This document shows positions 9,346 to 19,526 of a stretch of DNA of 64,000 nt, piece by piece. The stretch spans positions 1 through 64,000 of the forward strand of contig JAGVWC010000010.1 in NCBI GenBank assembly GCA_018304465.1, given 5' to 3'. Each line of letters opens with the position of its first letter. Position 1 is the first letter of the stretch. The DNA is from Candidatus Iainarchaeum sp. (GTDB lineage: Archaea; Iainarchaeota; Iainarchaeia; Iainarchaeales; JAGVWC01). Below the pieces are notes generated by a model. The model was not told the origin of the DNA, made no database searches, and saw nothing but the letters and a program-made list of their open reading frames with translations. A program made the translations under genes and the position numbers.

Positions 9346-9607
9346 GTCAGGGCCTATAAACAATCCCAACGTAAAAAATATAAATTATTCATACGGGGGT
9401 AAACCACACAAACTATTTAAACGTCGATTGACGAAAGTTAAACGTATTGCTTTAAATTATCCCTGTCTTTAATGTATACTAATGGCTCTGCAAGGGGGAT
9501 TGCACAGCAATTAGCGAAAATCGGGGAAAAATTGATTTTCGTTCGCCAATTCCAGCATTGCAGAACCTGACTTTTCACAGCAATCATCAAAAGGGGAGGA
9601 AACGTAA

Positions 9608-9940
9608 ATGAATATGTCACAAATCGGCGCATATGCCTTTATCGTGGGCATCATCATCGCCATCCTGGCCGGAATCGTTGCACTTGACGCCAACACCACG
9701 CAATGGATTCTCTGGTTGATGGTCGTGCTGGGTCTCATCATCGGATTGCTCAATGTAACCGAAAAAGAAACAACTTCGTTTTTGGTTGCCGCGATCGCTC
9801 TGATCATGACAGCAACCGCACTCTCCGTACTCGCAGTCCCAATCATTGACCGCGTCGTCGGAAACATCGCGGTGCTTGCCGGACCGGCTGCACTCATCGT
9901 TGCGCTACGCGCAATCTGGAACATGGCCAAAAGCGCATAA
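9608..9940 (+). CDS. Small four-helix membrane protein
   Basis: Hydrophobic segments, GLLNVTEKE motif and a strong GGGGAGGA SD. Confidence 0.85.
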   Translation: MNMSQIGAYAFIVGIIIAILAGIVALDANTTQWILWLMVVLGLIIGLLNVTEKETTSFLVAAIALIMTATALSVLAVPIIDRVVGNIAVLAGPAALIVALRAIWNMAKSA

Positions 9941-9978
9941 AAGCGCCAACTCAACCATCTTCCTTTTTTTCTATTTTT

Positions 9979-10782
9979 TTATTTTTTTCGGATCTTAGCA
10001 TCCGCGCGCAACAATTTGGCGTTTTCCTTTAACGCCGATTTAAAATCCGACCGTAAAAAAACGCCCAAATAGCCCACCGCCAACAACGAGCCGAACAAAT
10101 GCGCCCAATTCGCTACGGGAACCTTTTGTTCAAACGCCACGCTTTCCTTTCGCTGTTCGATGGTTTGCTCCACCCGGTTCAATTCCTCCACTTTCTTTTC
10201 GATTTCCGCGGAATCGTTTTGGTCCAGCGCTTCCACCAATTCCGATTGCGCCTGATTTTTCCACGAATCCAACGCCGATTCGAAAGACGAATGCAAAAAC
10301 GGCAGAAGCGACGCCGCCAACACCACGATCACGACGGAGGCAAACAATGCGCCCAAGGCTTTTTTCGGATCCATTATCAACGCCGCGGTCACAAGCCCCA
10401 CGGCGCCACCACTGGCCCCGATCCCAAAAAAATTCAACTGAAAAAAATTGTACAACACCACGGAAAAAATCCCGCAAATCAAAAACAATCCGATCACATG
10501 AATCTTCGAAACCCGTTTTTCCAGCACAAACCCCGCAAGCAAAATCAACACGACATTGGCAATCAAATGGCCAAACCCCGTGTGAATCAGCAAAAAGAAA
10601 AACGCGTTTTCCGGCCGGAAAAAAACATTAAAAGCAAAGCGATGCAACGACTCCACCGAAATAAACCCCATTCCGGCGGAAAAAAACCAAAACGAGGCAA
10701 TCAAAACCACGCCCAGCGAAATCGAAGGCGAAAAAGCACTCAAAAACCAGGCAAAATGATTTTTCGAGGAATTCACAACCAC
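9979..10782 (-). CDS. Rhomboid family intramembrane protease
   Basis: HTGFGHLIAN, GASG and AHLFG. Confidence 0.9.
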   Translation of the reverse strand: MVVNSSKNHFAWFLSAFSPSISLGVVLIASFWFFSAGMGFISVESLHRFAFNVFFRPENAFFFLLIHTGFGHLIANVVLILLAGFVLEKRVSKIHVIGLFLICGIFSVVLYNFFQLNFFGIGASGGAVGLVTAALIMDPKKALGALFASVVIVVLAASLLPFLHSSFESALDSWKNQAQSELVEALDQNDSAEIEKKVEELNRVEQTIEQRKESVAFEQKVPVANWAHLFGSLLAVGYLGVFLRSDFKSALKENAKLLRADAKIRKK

Positions 10783-10837
10783 GAAAAAAGGGCAAAAACA
10801 TTATAAAAACTCTGATGTACAAACATATTCGATTTTA

Positions 10838-11155
10838 ATGGTAAAATTCCGATTCTGTCCCGCGTGTGGCGCCATCGACATGCACGTGCAATCCGACGGA
10901 ACCGACAAATGCGGAACCTGCAAGTACGTCGGAACCGCCATCGAAGGCGCTCCAGACAAACTCAACGAGTACAAAAAAAAGCTCAAGAACGGAACCGCCG
11001 GACCTCAAAGCCATAACCCCGAACCGGCTCCCGGTGTTGCACCCACGCCTTCAACGAACCCGCTCATCGGATCAACCACCGTTAACCAGACCAAAAAAAA
11101 CGGATTAATCGAAAAACACAAGCCCAAAGCAACCGACGAGTTCGAAATCTGGTAA
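10838..11155 (+). CDS. Zn-ribbon protein
   Basis: CPACG...CGTC followed by a low-complexity tail. Confidence 0.75.
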   Translation: MVKFRFCPACGAIDMHVQSDGTDKCGTCKYVGTAIEGAPDKLNEYKKKLKNGTAGPQSHNPEPAPGVAPTPSTNPLIGSTTVNQTKKNGLIEKHKPKATDEFEIW

Positions 11156-11175
11156 TTTGAAGCTTTAAAAAACGA

Positions 11176-11595
11176 TTGGATATTAATAACAACAAAAACG
11201 AAAAAGAATTCGCGAAAAAAGGAGAGATGTGTGTGGATGACTTGACGGTCACGAGCGATTTGTACCCGTTTCGTGTCAGCATGAAAAACAAAGAGCAATG
11301 GGAATTGATTTTAAACATCGAACACCGGGGCACCAAACCCATGAAACTATCGCTTGAAATTGATTTGCCGCGCCAAGTCACGTTTTCGAAAGTCGGACTC
11401 ACCGACAAATACGAAAAACGCTACGACACCTTCAAACCCGGCGACACGATTCGGCTCAAAGAACCGATTTACCTGTCCAATCAAAGCCAAACCGGCAATT
11501 ACTCAGGCTACGTCAAAATCGCGGAACACTTCGGCGATTACGGCTACGAAATGCAAACCAAAAAAAGAGAAGTCCTCTTTCGAATCGTTCCCTAA
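11176..11595 (+). CDS. Hypothetical beta-sandwich-like protein
   Basis: Core-like codon usage and alternating beta pattern; start uncertain. Confidence 0.7.
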   Translation: MDINNNKNEKEFAKKGEMCVDDLTVTSDLYPFRVSMKNKEQWELILNIEHRGTKPMKLSLEIDLPRQVTFSKVGLTDKYEKRYDTFKPGDTIRLKEPIYLSNQSQTGNYSGYVKIAEHFGDYGYEMQTKKREVLFRIVP

Positions 11596-11868
11596 ACCCC
11601 CTGAACCAGGGAACGCTTCATCCGAATTTTTTTTCCTTCCAAGGTTCGGTTCGCAAACAGCAAAACCATTTACAGACCAACCGCGTATTCAATACAGCTT
11701 GGGGAAAAAGGGGGTTGAACAATGACGATCCTTTCAAGCAACAAGGCGCGCAGATGACCCCGATGACATCATTCGCGCCAACGTTCATTCTTTCAAAAAT
11801 ATTGAAACCATCAAATACTTTTCCTGCCCGCCCTAAAAACGGAGTTTAAATAAAGTTCTTCATTTGGC

Positions 11869-12732
11869 TTGCATATGTCAAAACCAGATGATCACTACGA
11901 GCTAATTAGCCCAACCGCATGGGCTGTGGCCCACAGCATAACTTTCTCTGACATTCCCTTTGCTAAAGAAATCTTTGAAGCAATCGAAAAAAATGAAACT
12001 ACAAACGGAAACACTTCCAAATTCACCGAGCTACGCCTTGGTGAAGTCGCTCCCACTTATGAAGCTAGATACAAACTGGTAAATCATCTGTTAGAACAGA
12101 GCAAAGAGATACAGATATTGGAAATTGCCTCAGGACTATGTCCACGCGGAATTTCAATGACAACAAAAACCAATATTCGCTACGTTGAGATGGATTTACC
12201 CGAAGTGATTGCACAAAAAATGGCGATCTTACAATCTGTTGCGGTTCAACTTCCAGCAAACTTGCATCTGGAACCTGGCAACGCACTTGAACCAAAAGAC
12301 TTGCAATCCGCCTCGCGACACTTTGATACCGCTCAAGAGATTGCTGTGATCAACGAAGGATTATTGCGTTATTTGACCTTTGACGAAAAAGCAAAGGTCG
12401 CAAAAAACGTTCATTCACTTCTACAAAAATTCGGTGGTGTTTGGATCACGCCCGACATTACTCTCAAAAGCGGGTTAGCCAGAGAAAATAGGGCCGTTTG
12501 CATTGTCAAAAACACCAAACAAATGACTGGGATCGACATCCAGCAAAACGCGTTCGAAAATGTGGAACAAGCCAAAAAATTCTTTGAACAATTTGGCTTC
12601 ACCATCGAGATTCATAGCTTCTTGGAAATCGAAAAAGAACTCGTTTCTCCTGCAAAACTCAACCTTTCCGCAGCCAAAGTCAAAGACCTCATCGGCCAAT
12701 GGGTCGTTTTTGTGATGAAGATTACAAAATGA
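11869..12732 (+). CDS. Class I SAM methyltransferase (leucine carboxyl methyltransferase-like)
   Basis: QILEIASGLCPRG, YVEMDLPEV and NEGLLRYL. Confidence 0.9.
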   Translation: MHMSKPDDHYELISPTAWAVAHSITFSDIPFAKEIFEAIEKNETTNGNTSKFTELRLGEVAPTYEARYKLVNHLLEQSKEIQILEIASGLCPRGISMTTKTNIRYVEMDLPEVIAQKMAILQSVAVQLPANLHLEPGNALEPKDLQSASRHFDTAQEIAVINEGLLRYLTFDEKAKVAKNVHSLLQKFGGVWITPDITLKSGLARENRAVCIVKNTKQMTGIDIQQNAFENVEQAKKFFEQFGFTIEIHSFLEIEKELVSPAKLNLSAAKVKDLIGQWVVFVMKITK

Positions 12733-12741
12733 GAAACAGCC

Positions 12742-12815
12742 CAGCCAAAAGCCATGTTATTTCCGGTTCGTTTTTATTCCAGCGGATGAAACTGTCTTCC
12801 CAATACAGGAATACG
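12742..12815. repeat. Intergenic repeat copy A
   Basis: Core GTTCGTTTTTATTCCA (12766-12781) with flanks shared with copies B and C. Confidence 0.85.
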
Positions 12816-12909
12816 TTATTTGATTTTCATACGATAAAAATATGGAATCGGACCGAATTCGCGTCGGAATTTGAATAGTTTTTTATAACGGTCTTCACAT
12901 TATTTATTC

Positions 12910-13158
12910 ATGTATTCGTCAAAAATGGTGCCCGTTTCGCTTCCAATTGTAGTTAGCAAGGAAGGCGAATGGTTTGTGGCTTCTTGTCCGCTCCTGGATA
13001 TCGCTACGCAAGGGCAAACCGAAGAAGAAGTTAAGGAAAACATGCAGAATTTAATTCAGGACTATTTTGCGGATGAAGATACGAAAAAACCGTCTCTGGA
13101 AGAGATTTCTTCCGCGTCTGTTTCATTAATGAGCGTTTCGGTCAAACTAAAGGTGTAA
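12910..13158 (+). CDS. hicB: HicB-like antitoxin
   Basis: EGEWFVASCPLLDIATQGQTEEE. Confidence 0.85.
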   Translation: MYSSKMVPVSLPIVVSKEGEWFVASCPLLDIATQGQTEEEVKENMQNLIQDYFADEDTKKPSLEEISSASVSLMSVSVKLKV

Positions 13159-13161
13159 CCC

Positions 13162-13380
13162 ATGACCGGCCTTCGGCCTCTTGACCAAAGCAGAGTCATC
13201 CGAATGCTCGAACAAAACGGATTCAAACAGGCACGATCTGGAAAACATATCACGTTCAAGAAAACAGACGCCGATGGAAACGTACTGACGACATGGGTTC
13301 CGCACCACAAAACTGTCACGGTTTTCGTTATCAAATACATCATCAAACAAACCGGAAAACAAAAACAAGAATTCTACTGA
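13162..13380 (+). CDS. hicA: HicA-like mRNA interferase
   Basis: LEQNGF..RSGKHITF..VPHH. Confidence 0.85.
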   Translation: MTGLRPLDQSRVIRMLEQNGFKQARSGKHITFKKTDADGNVLTTWVPHHKTVTVFVIKYIIKQTGKQKQEFY

Positions 13381-13502
13381 TCACCCGATATCTTCCCACG
13401 ATTCCTCTCCGCTGCGCGATTTACCGACGCGTTTCGGAAGATGGCTAGCTGTAGCATCTTTTTTTTGAGAATTTTCCAGACGCATTAAAGGAATAAAAGA
13501 GA

Positions 13503-13859
13503 TTACTTTCTTTTATGGGTTAAAATAGCTTCCAAGTTATTCCATAGCTGTTTGAACTGGCTCGGAGAACAGCTTTTTTGCAATTGCAAACGAAAGGATT
13601 CCTTGCTGATGATTCCTGAACGGATTAACTGGGCTGCAAACCCAATCCTAAACTGTTCGCTTTGAACAATCTTCGGAACCTTGATCGCATTTTCAGGTAT
13701 AAAAACTGGACCCGTGTATCCTCGATCTACCTGTTTCTTGGCATATCGATTCATTTGTCGTTTTACAGTTTCAACCGTTTTTCTGACCTGACGCCCAGTA
13801 ACTCGTCTTGTTGGTATTACCTGTTTCTTTTTTGGTTTATTTTGTTTTCTCATAGCCAA
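13503..13859 (-). CDS. Basic orphan protein
   Basis: MRKQNKPKKK..RR leader; no recognised domain. Confidence 0.7.
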   Translation of the reverse strand: MAMRKQNKPKKKQVIPTRRVTGRQVRKTVETVKRQMNRYAKKQVDRGYTGPVFIPENAIKVPKIVQSEQFRIGFAAQLIRSGIISKESFRLQLQKSCSPSQFKQLWNNLEAILTHKRK

Positions 13860-13897
13860 TCCAAAGGTCAGGCAAATATCTTTTTAAGCAATGCAAT

Positions 13898-13992
13898 CAG
13901 CCAAACGCCTTATTTTCCCTGTTCGTTTTTATTCCATTTGATAAAGATGTCTTCCCACTACTTGAATACGCTGAACGACTTTTAGACGGATT
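13898..13992. repeat. Intergenic repeat copy B
   Basis: Core at 13921-13936, followed by ATAAAGATGTCTTCCC and AGACGGATT (13984-13992). Confidence 0.85.
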
Positions 13993-14013
13993 TCAGAAGA
14001 AGTGTGGCTGAAA

Positions 14014-14826
14014 TTAAGCGTCTTCTGCAGGCAAAAAATTTTCGATCCGCAAAACGCTTTCCTCTACTGCACGAATCGGGAGTTTATAACGATTCGCAAT
14101 ATCGGGTACCGATGGTTGCTGGCCTTTCTTGTGCAGCGCATTCAGAAACTGAAGAATACGAAAATCCACCATAGCTTTTTCCCGTGCAACCGGGTTTGTT
14201 CGCATGACAAATACTCTCATCGGTTCAGAGTGCGGTTTTTGGTGCGCCCAAGAAGTAATCCATATCCGCTTTCCGGTTTCCTCAAATGTTGCCCCGTACG
14301 CTTTTGCCAATTTTCGCATTCTGGAAAGATCTGCACGATGATCTTTGCGATAAACCAGGTTCATGTAATACGAGCGCATCAAAAATATCCCGCCTTTTTT
14401 ATTCAGCAAAGACCTCGCCAAAACAAGCGGAAGTCTAGGCCAAAGTGGAATCGGTTCAAAAGAAAAGCTCCAATCGAAACGGTTTTCGGTTCTAGGCATT
14501 AATTCGGCGATACGCGCTCGAACCGACGTAAGAGTCTGGGCTTTATTTTCACGCACAAAGTGTACGGCGGTTGGACTTATATCCGTATAATGAACTTCTG
14601 CGAATTGGCCGATCGCTTTAGCCCAGTCGCCATAATCTCCCGCAAAAACCAAAACCTTTTCCCCCGGTTTGATGCCGATCTTTTGCCCTAATTGGGAATC
14701 CTCAGGGACCAAGTCTTGGGTCTTTAAACTGCGTGGTTGATTCCAAAATCCAAGATCCGACCAATATTTTTTACTCCACGCGCGGTGAACAGGGAATTTA
14801 AGGGACACTGATTTTCGATTTTTCAT
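14014..14826 (-). CDS. Divergent SAM methyltransferase-like orphan with C-terminal HTH-like segment
   Basis: KPGEKVLVFAGDYGDW, YTDISP and FDWSFSFEP. Confidence 0.7.
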   Translation of the reverse strand: MKNRKSVSLKFPVHRAWSKKYWSDLGFWNQPRSLKTQDLVPEDSQLGQKIGIKPGEKVLVFAGDYGDWAKAIGQFAEVHYTDISPTAVHFVRENKAQTLTSVRARIAELMPRTENRFDWSFSFEPIPLWPRLPLVLARSLLNKKGGIFLMRSYYMNLVYRKDHRADLSRMRKLAKAYGATFEETGKRIWITSWAHQKPHSEPMRVFVMRTNPVAREKAMVDFRILQFLNALHKKGQQPSVPDIANRYKLPIRAVEESVLRIENFLPAEDA

Positions 14827-14870
14827 GATGAACAATAGCCGTTTGAACTTTAAAAACTGAATCCCCAAAA

Positions 14871-14956
14871 ATCAGGCAAGAAGTTTATTTTTCCTGTTCG
14901 TTTTTATTCCAGCACATAAAGATATCTTCCCGGAATTTTTCTTGCCAAGACGGATT
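14871..14956. repeat. Intergenic repeat copy C
   Basis: Core at 14896-14911, followed by ATAAAGATATCTTCCC and AGACGGATT (14948-14956). Confidence 0.85.
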
Positions 14957-15503
14957 ACACTTCGTTCCAAACCGTCACGAAATTGTCCACAAGATTATCC
15001 AGAAAGCTTCCCTGGTATTCGGACAACATTTGTGCGACTTTGTCCTTGTCCAGAATAAAAAAAGCGGTTTTGGCACCGGTTTTTTTCCGACCCAAAATCC
15101 CGATTTCCACCATTTTTTTCAAATACGTGGAAACCGTGGAAGGCGACAACGAAATCGCTTTTGAAATCACTTCATTGGTCGCAAAACGCTTTTGCAGCAA
15201 AAACAACACGATGTGACGCGGTTGCTCTTGACGCAACGTATTCATAAGTTCCTTGTTTTCCACGATTTTCGTGGTTTTCATCGCGTAATAACGGACGAAT
15301 TTTCCTTCTTTGACGGTGTGCACGAAACTTTTTTTGGACAAGTAATCCAAATGATACTGCAGGCTTCCAACCGCGATTCCGCTTCGTCGCTGAAGCTCCC
15401 TAAAATGCAGTCCCGGGGATTCCTCGATGATCCGGTACAAGCGATTACGCGTCTCAAGTTCGAGCGTGTTATCCTCAAATCGTTTCCGAAGCATCAACAT
15501 CAA
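14955..15503 (-). CDS. Archaeal double wHTH transcriptional regulator
   Basis: PGLHFRELQR..GSLQYHL and a second HTH, ISLSPSTVSTYL. Confidence 0.9.
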   Translation of the reverse strand: MMLMLRKRFEDNTLELETRNRLYRIIEESPGLHFRELQRRSGIAVGSLQYHLDYLSKKSFVHTVKEGKFVRYYAMKTTKIVENKELMNTLRQEQPRHIVLFLLQKRFATNEVISKAISLSPSTVSTYLKKMVEIGILGRKKTGAKTAFFILDKDKVAQMLSEYQGSFLDNLVDNFVTVWNEV

Positions 15504-15916
15504 TCTTTTCGCATGATCGCCAAAAACAAGGCAATGAGCACGAACAAATCAAACACGTTTTGTGCCGCCGAAGAAAAAAAATCTCCCGGACTATACACGG
15601 CATCCACGAGTTTAATTCCGAATTTGGCGAAAATGATTCCAAACGCCAACGTCAAAAACAAAAAACGGTTCGAACGGTTTTTTTCAAACGCTTTGGCGGA
15701 AACAAACAACATTCCCGCAGCCAACAAAAAAACCACGCCGGTCGTCACCCATTTAAGAGACTCCGCCACGGACTCCAGCGGTCGAAGCGAATTCCACAGC
15801 GGATTCTGGGTGTTTTCAGCCCAAAAAACGGCTCCCCACAACACAATGAGCGCTGCCACGGAAAGCAGCAGAATCGTACTTGCCTTCAAAAAGAAACCCC
15901 CGAAATACTCATGCAA
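15500..15916 (-). CDS. Membrane protein coupled to the wHTH regulator
   Basis: Four hydrophobic segments; ATGA overlap with the regulator. Confidence 0.75.
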   Translation of the reverse strand: MHEYFGGFFLKASTILLLSVAALIVLWGAVFWAENTQNPLWNSLRPLESVAESLKWVTTGVVFLLAAGMLFVSAKAFEKNRSNRFLFLTLAFGIIFAKFGIKLVDAVYSPGDFFSSAAQNVFDLFVLIALFLAIMRKD

Positions 15917-16081
15917 TGGTGCAACAAAACAAAGAAAAAACAGTCAGTGAGGAGGGAAAAGGGCATCCCGCCCCTTTGCCGCAAAACACGAAGATGAGGT
16001 GTAACTATACCTATTTCCGCCGGGGGTTAATAAACCCATTTTGGTACAAATCAGGAAAAAAACAGGTTACACCAAAAAAAG

Positions 16082-17479
16082 CTATTTTTTCTTGATTTTT
16101 TTTTCGATAAAACCCTGCAATTCCCGCGGATTGGCTTTTCCCTTGGCTTGCCGCATCATCTGACCCAACAAAAAATTCAAGGATTTTTGGTTCCCCTGTT
16201 TTAACTCCGACACGGCTTGCGGATTTGCCAAGAGCACCGATTCCACGATTTTTTCAGTATCCACGGAACCCAAATCAATCAACAAACCGCTTTTTTCCAA
16301 AAACACTTTCGGAGCAACCCCCGACAACACGTATTCGATCGCCGCTTGTTTGGCGTTTTTTTCCGAAACCTTTCCGCTTTCCAAAAGTTCCAATAAATCC
16401 CCCAGTTCTTTTTCCGACAACGCCACGGAATCAATTTCAAGACGGTTAAAATTCAGAATCCCCAACAATTCCCGTGACAAAAAACGACTTCCAAGACCCG
16501 GCGACACCCGTTTCGAAACGCTTTCGAACAAATCCGACAATTTTTTGTTCGAACACAACACTTTCGCGTCATAATCCGACAAACCGAATTCACGGACAAA
16601 ACGACGGGCTTTTTGGAACGGAAGCTCGGGAAGCGTTGAACGAATCGCATCCATCCATTTCGAATCAATCGTCGACGAAACCAAATCCGGTTCGAAAATA
16701 TACCCGTAATCCGCCTCGGTTTCTTTTTCACGCTGCAACACCGTGCGACCTGATTTGTCGTCAAAACCCCGGGTTTGCTGGCGGATTTCCTCGCCTTGCG
16801 ACAACAATTCGCGCTGGCGTTTTTCCTCGGCCAGCAACGCGCGCTCAACCGCTTGAAAACCCGAAACGTTTTTGATCTCTACTTTTGCATGACCCGAAAT
16901 CGAAAGATTACAATCCGCTTTCAGCACGTCTTCGCCCGGCGAAAACACGTCCAAAAAACCCAAAATCGTCCACAATTTATTCAAAAATTCCCGCGCTTCC
17001 CGGGCGCTTGCCAAATCCGGCTCCGTCACGATCTCAATCAACGGGATTCCCGCGCGGTTATAATCCACCAACGTAAACCCTTTTTCGTGAATCAACGCCG
17101 CGGGATCTTCCTCCAAATGCAACCGGCGAATACGGATTTTTTTTCCCGAATCCAATTCCACAAACCCGTTTTCCGACAACGGAATTTCATACTGCGTAAT
17201 CTGAAAATTTTTGGACATGTCAGGATAAAAATACGTTTTTCTCGAAAAGAAAAAAGACGGGTTTACCTTGCAGTTTAACGCCAACGCCACCTTGGCTGCC
17301 ATCTCCACCGCGGTCTTGTTCAACACGGGTTTTGACCCCGGATGCCCCAAACACACCGGACACACCGCGGAATTCGGTTCTTTGCCCCGCGTCGGACACG
17401 CACAAAACAACTTGGATTTGGTGGACAACTGAACATGCGATTCAAGCCCGATCACTGTTGGAAGCGAATCGATTTTCAT
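16082..17479 (-). CDS. gatB: Asp/Glu-tRNA amidotransferase subunit B
   Basis: IGLESHVQL, FSRKTYFYPD, LHLEED and DYNRAGIPLIEIVTEPD. Confidence 0.97.
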   Translation of the reverse strand: MKIDSLPTVIGLESHVQLSTKSKLFCACPTRGKEPNSAVCPVCLGHPGSKPVLNKTAVEMAAKVALALNCKVNPSFFFSRKTYFYPDMSKNFQITQYEIPLSENGFVELDSGKKIRIRRLHLEEDPAALIHEKGFTLVDYNRAGIPLIEIVTEPDLASAREAREFLNKLWTILGFLDVFSPGEDVLKADCNLSISGHAKVEIKNVSGFQAVERALLAEEKRQRELLSQGEEIRQQTRGFDDKSGRTVLQREKETEADYGYIFEPDLVSSTIDSKWMDAIRSTLPELPFQKARRFVREFGLSDYDAKVLCSNKKLSDLFESVSKRVSPGLGSRFLSRELLGILNFNRLEIDSVALSEKELGDLLELLESGKVSEKNAKQAAIEYVLSGVAPKVFLEKSGLLIDLGSVDTEKIVESVLLANPQAVSELKQGNQKSLNFLLGQMMRQAKGKANPRELQGFIEKKIKKK

Positions 17480-18807
17480 GGGTTCACCACCGACTCGATT
17501 CCTTTTCCGATTTCGGCAACGGATAATTCGTCAAAATGCTTTCCCGTTAACATCAAACCCACCGGTAATTTTTCAACTTCTTTAACCGGAATCGACAAAT
17601 GCGGAAAACCACCCAGGTTCGCGGGCACCGTGCACAAATCCGCCGCGTAATTTTGCATCGGAGACAACTTTTTGATGTCGGAAAAACGAGGCGCCACAAA
17701 CGGCATCGTCGGATGGCAAACCACGTCGCAATGCTTGAAAACTTCGAAATACTCTTTCATCAACGCCGAACGCGCTTTAAGGGCTTTCAAATAATAGGCA
17801 TCGCGGTACCCGCTCATGCGCGAAAACGTTCCCAAAATCACGCGGCGCTTGGCCTCGGCTCCGAAAAACTCGGATCGAACACGCGAAAAAAAATCGTCAA
17901 AATGACCCTGCAACGGCAATGACTGGCCAAATCGCATGCCGCAATACTTCGCCAGATTCGTGCTGGTTTCCGCCATGGCAATCAAATAATACGCGGCGAC
18001 TCCAAACCGCGCGTTTTTGGAAAGCGACACGGAAACCACCTTGGCCCCAGCGGATTTTGCGGCATCCAACGCGTTTTCGCACGATTTTGAGACCTTGGAA
18101 TCAATTCCGTCGCCGAAAAATTCTTCGACGATTCCAATGGTTTTTCCTTTTAACACGGGTTTTGCGTTTGAAATCTCGGGCACCGGTTGGTTCACGCTGG
18201 TCGAATCCCGCGGATCAAACCCCATCAAAATCTCAAGCAATAACGACGCTTTCGAAACGGTTTTTCCCATAGAACCGATTTTATCCAAAGAATTCGCATA
18301 ATCAATCAAACCAAAACGCGACACGCGGCCATACGTCGGAGTAAAACCCGCGACCCCGCAAAACGCCGCCGGACACGCGATGCTACCACCGGTTGATTCC
18401 GCCAAAGCGGTATGCGGAGCCGACGCAAACCGCGTAAAACCCGCGGCGCCACCGCTGCTTCCACCGCAACTACGGTTTGGATCCACCGGATTTTTGGGCA
18501 TCGAAAGCCCTTTTCCGATGTTCACGGAAAACGTTCCGAAACCAAACTCGTCTTGACTGGTTTTGCCGACAATCAAACCGCCTTCCGCCAACACTTTTTC
18601 AATCACGGTCGCGTTAAACACGGGAACGTAATTCGACAAAATCGCGCTTCCCGCGGTGGACGGCAATCCTTCCACGCAAATATTGTCCTTGACCGAAATC
18701 CCGATGCCCGCCAAACGACCCTTCGAAAAAGCTTTGGGGTTGGGATTAATCGCGTTAAACAACCCGAATTTTTCCTTGGCGACCAAGGCTTCGTCCATGA
18801 TTTTCAT
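17476..18807 (-). CDS. gatA: Amidotransferase subunit A
   Basis: SVKDNI, GGSSGG, TGGSI and PTYGRVSRFGL. Confidence 0.96.
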   Translation of the reverse strand: MKIMDEALVAKEKFGLFNAINPNPKAFSKGRLAGIGISVKDNICVEGLPSTAGSAILSNYVPVFNATVIEKVLAEGGLIVGKTSQDEFGFGTFSVNIGKGLSMPKNPVDPNRSCGGSSGGAAGFTRFASAPHTALAESTGGSIACPAAFCGVAGFTPTYGRVSRFGLIDYANSLDKIGSMGKTVSKASLLLEILMGFDPRDSTSVNQPVPEISNAKPVLKGKTIGIVEEFFGDGIDSKVSKSCENALDAAKSAGAKVVSVSLSKNARFGVAAYYLIAMAETSTNLAKYCGMRFGQSLPLQGHFDDFFSRVRSEFFGAEAKRRVILGTFSRMSGYRDAYYLKALKARSALMKEYFEVFKHCDVVCHPTMPFVAPRFSDIKKLSPMQNYAADLCTVPANLGGFPHLSIPVKEVEKLPVGLMLTGKHFDELSVAEIGKGIESVVNP

Positions 18808-19100
18808 TCCATCGCCCTGGGTCCTTTGAAATACGGCGCTTGCTTGTGCACGGCGTTTTTTAACGCCGACGCATTATCCAGACTTTTTCCAATCACATCC
18901 GCGCGAAACACGTTTTCAAGCTTCACCGGCTGAAACGCGGGCGATTCCTTGGAAACATCCAGTTGATTGAGGGTTTCAAACGCCTTCAAAATGTTTTCCA
19001 ATTGCAAAAGCAGTTCGTCTTTTTCCGTCTCGGTTAAAACCAACCGGGCGTTTTTCGCGACTTTTTCAAGCAAATCACGGTTAATTATCATTTGGGTCAT
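18804..19100 (-). CDS. gatC: Amidotransferase subunit C
   Basis: VAKNARL, NVFRAD and YFKGPR; located upstream of gatA. Confidence 0.9.
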   Translation of the reverse strand: MTQMIINRDLLEKVAKNARLVLTETEKDELLLQLENILKAFETLNQLDVSKESPAFQPVKLENVFRADVIGKSLDNASALKNAVHKQAPYFKGPRAME

Positions 19101-19175
19101 CGATACACCATACAAGCGAAAACCAATAAAAAACCCAAACGTGACAATAAAACAGCGAATCATCCAAAAAAATGG

Positions 19176-19526
19176 TCAGCAATCCGACGGACACGCACCA
19201 GGCGTTTCGCCCCGCAACGAATCGCATAACCCGTCCTGGTTACACGCAAAACAATCGATCATGCAACTGACTTTGGTTTCGTTTTCTTCGCAAATCTTGT
19301 TGCCGCAAAAAAAACGCGGCAACCCGTTAGTATCGATGCCGTCCAGGGATTTTTTGTTGGGAATGGGGCCCGCATCGGAACCCGTCCAAAACAAGGTTCC
19401 CAAACCATACAACACGATGCCCACGATCGCGGCAATCACGGTCAGTTTTAAAACGCGTTCAAACGACGCAAGCTGGTTCGATTTTTTTTCGAAAACAATT
19501 TCATCCGAAGACGAATCCATGACCAT
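19176..19526 (-). CDS. Membrane-anchored Cys-rich protein
   Basis: One TM helix followed by two Cys-rich repeats, CGNKICEENE..CMIDC and a second similar one. Confidence 0.75.
   Translation of the reverse strand: MVMDSSSDEIVFEKKSNQLASFERVLKLTVIAAIVGIVLYGLGTLFWTGSDAGPIPNKKSLDGIDTNGLPRFFCGNKICEENETKVSCMIDCFACNQDGLCDSLRGETPGACPSDC

Noticed and set aside
12742-14956. Repeat copies interpreted as a CRISPR array or integron attC sites
   Set aside because: The spacing is about 1 kb and contains genes, there are no cas genes, and there are no RYYYAAC/GTTRRRY palindromic ends.
15958-15978. AAAGGGC/GCCCCTTT hairpin followed by T-tracts on the minus strand
   Set aside because: It is adequately explained as an ordinary terminator downstream of gatB.
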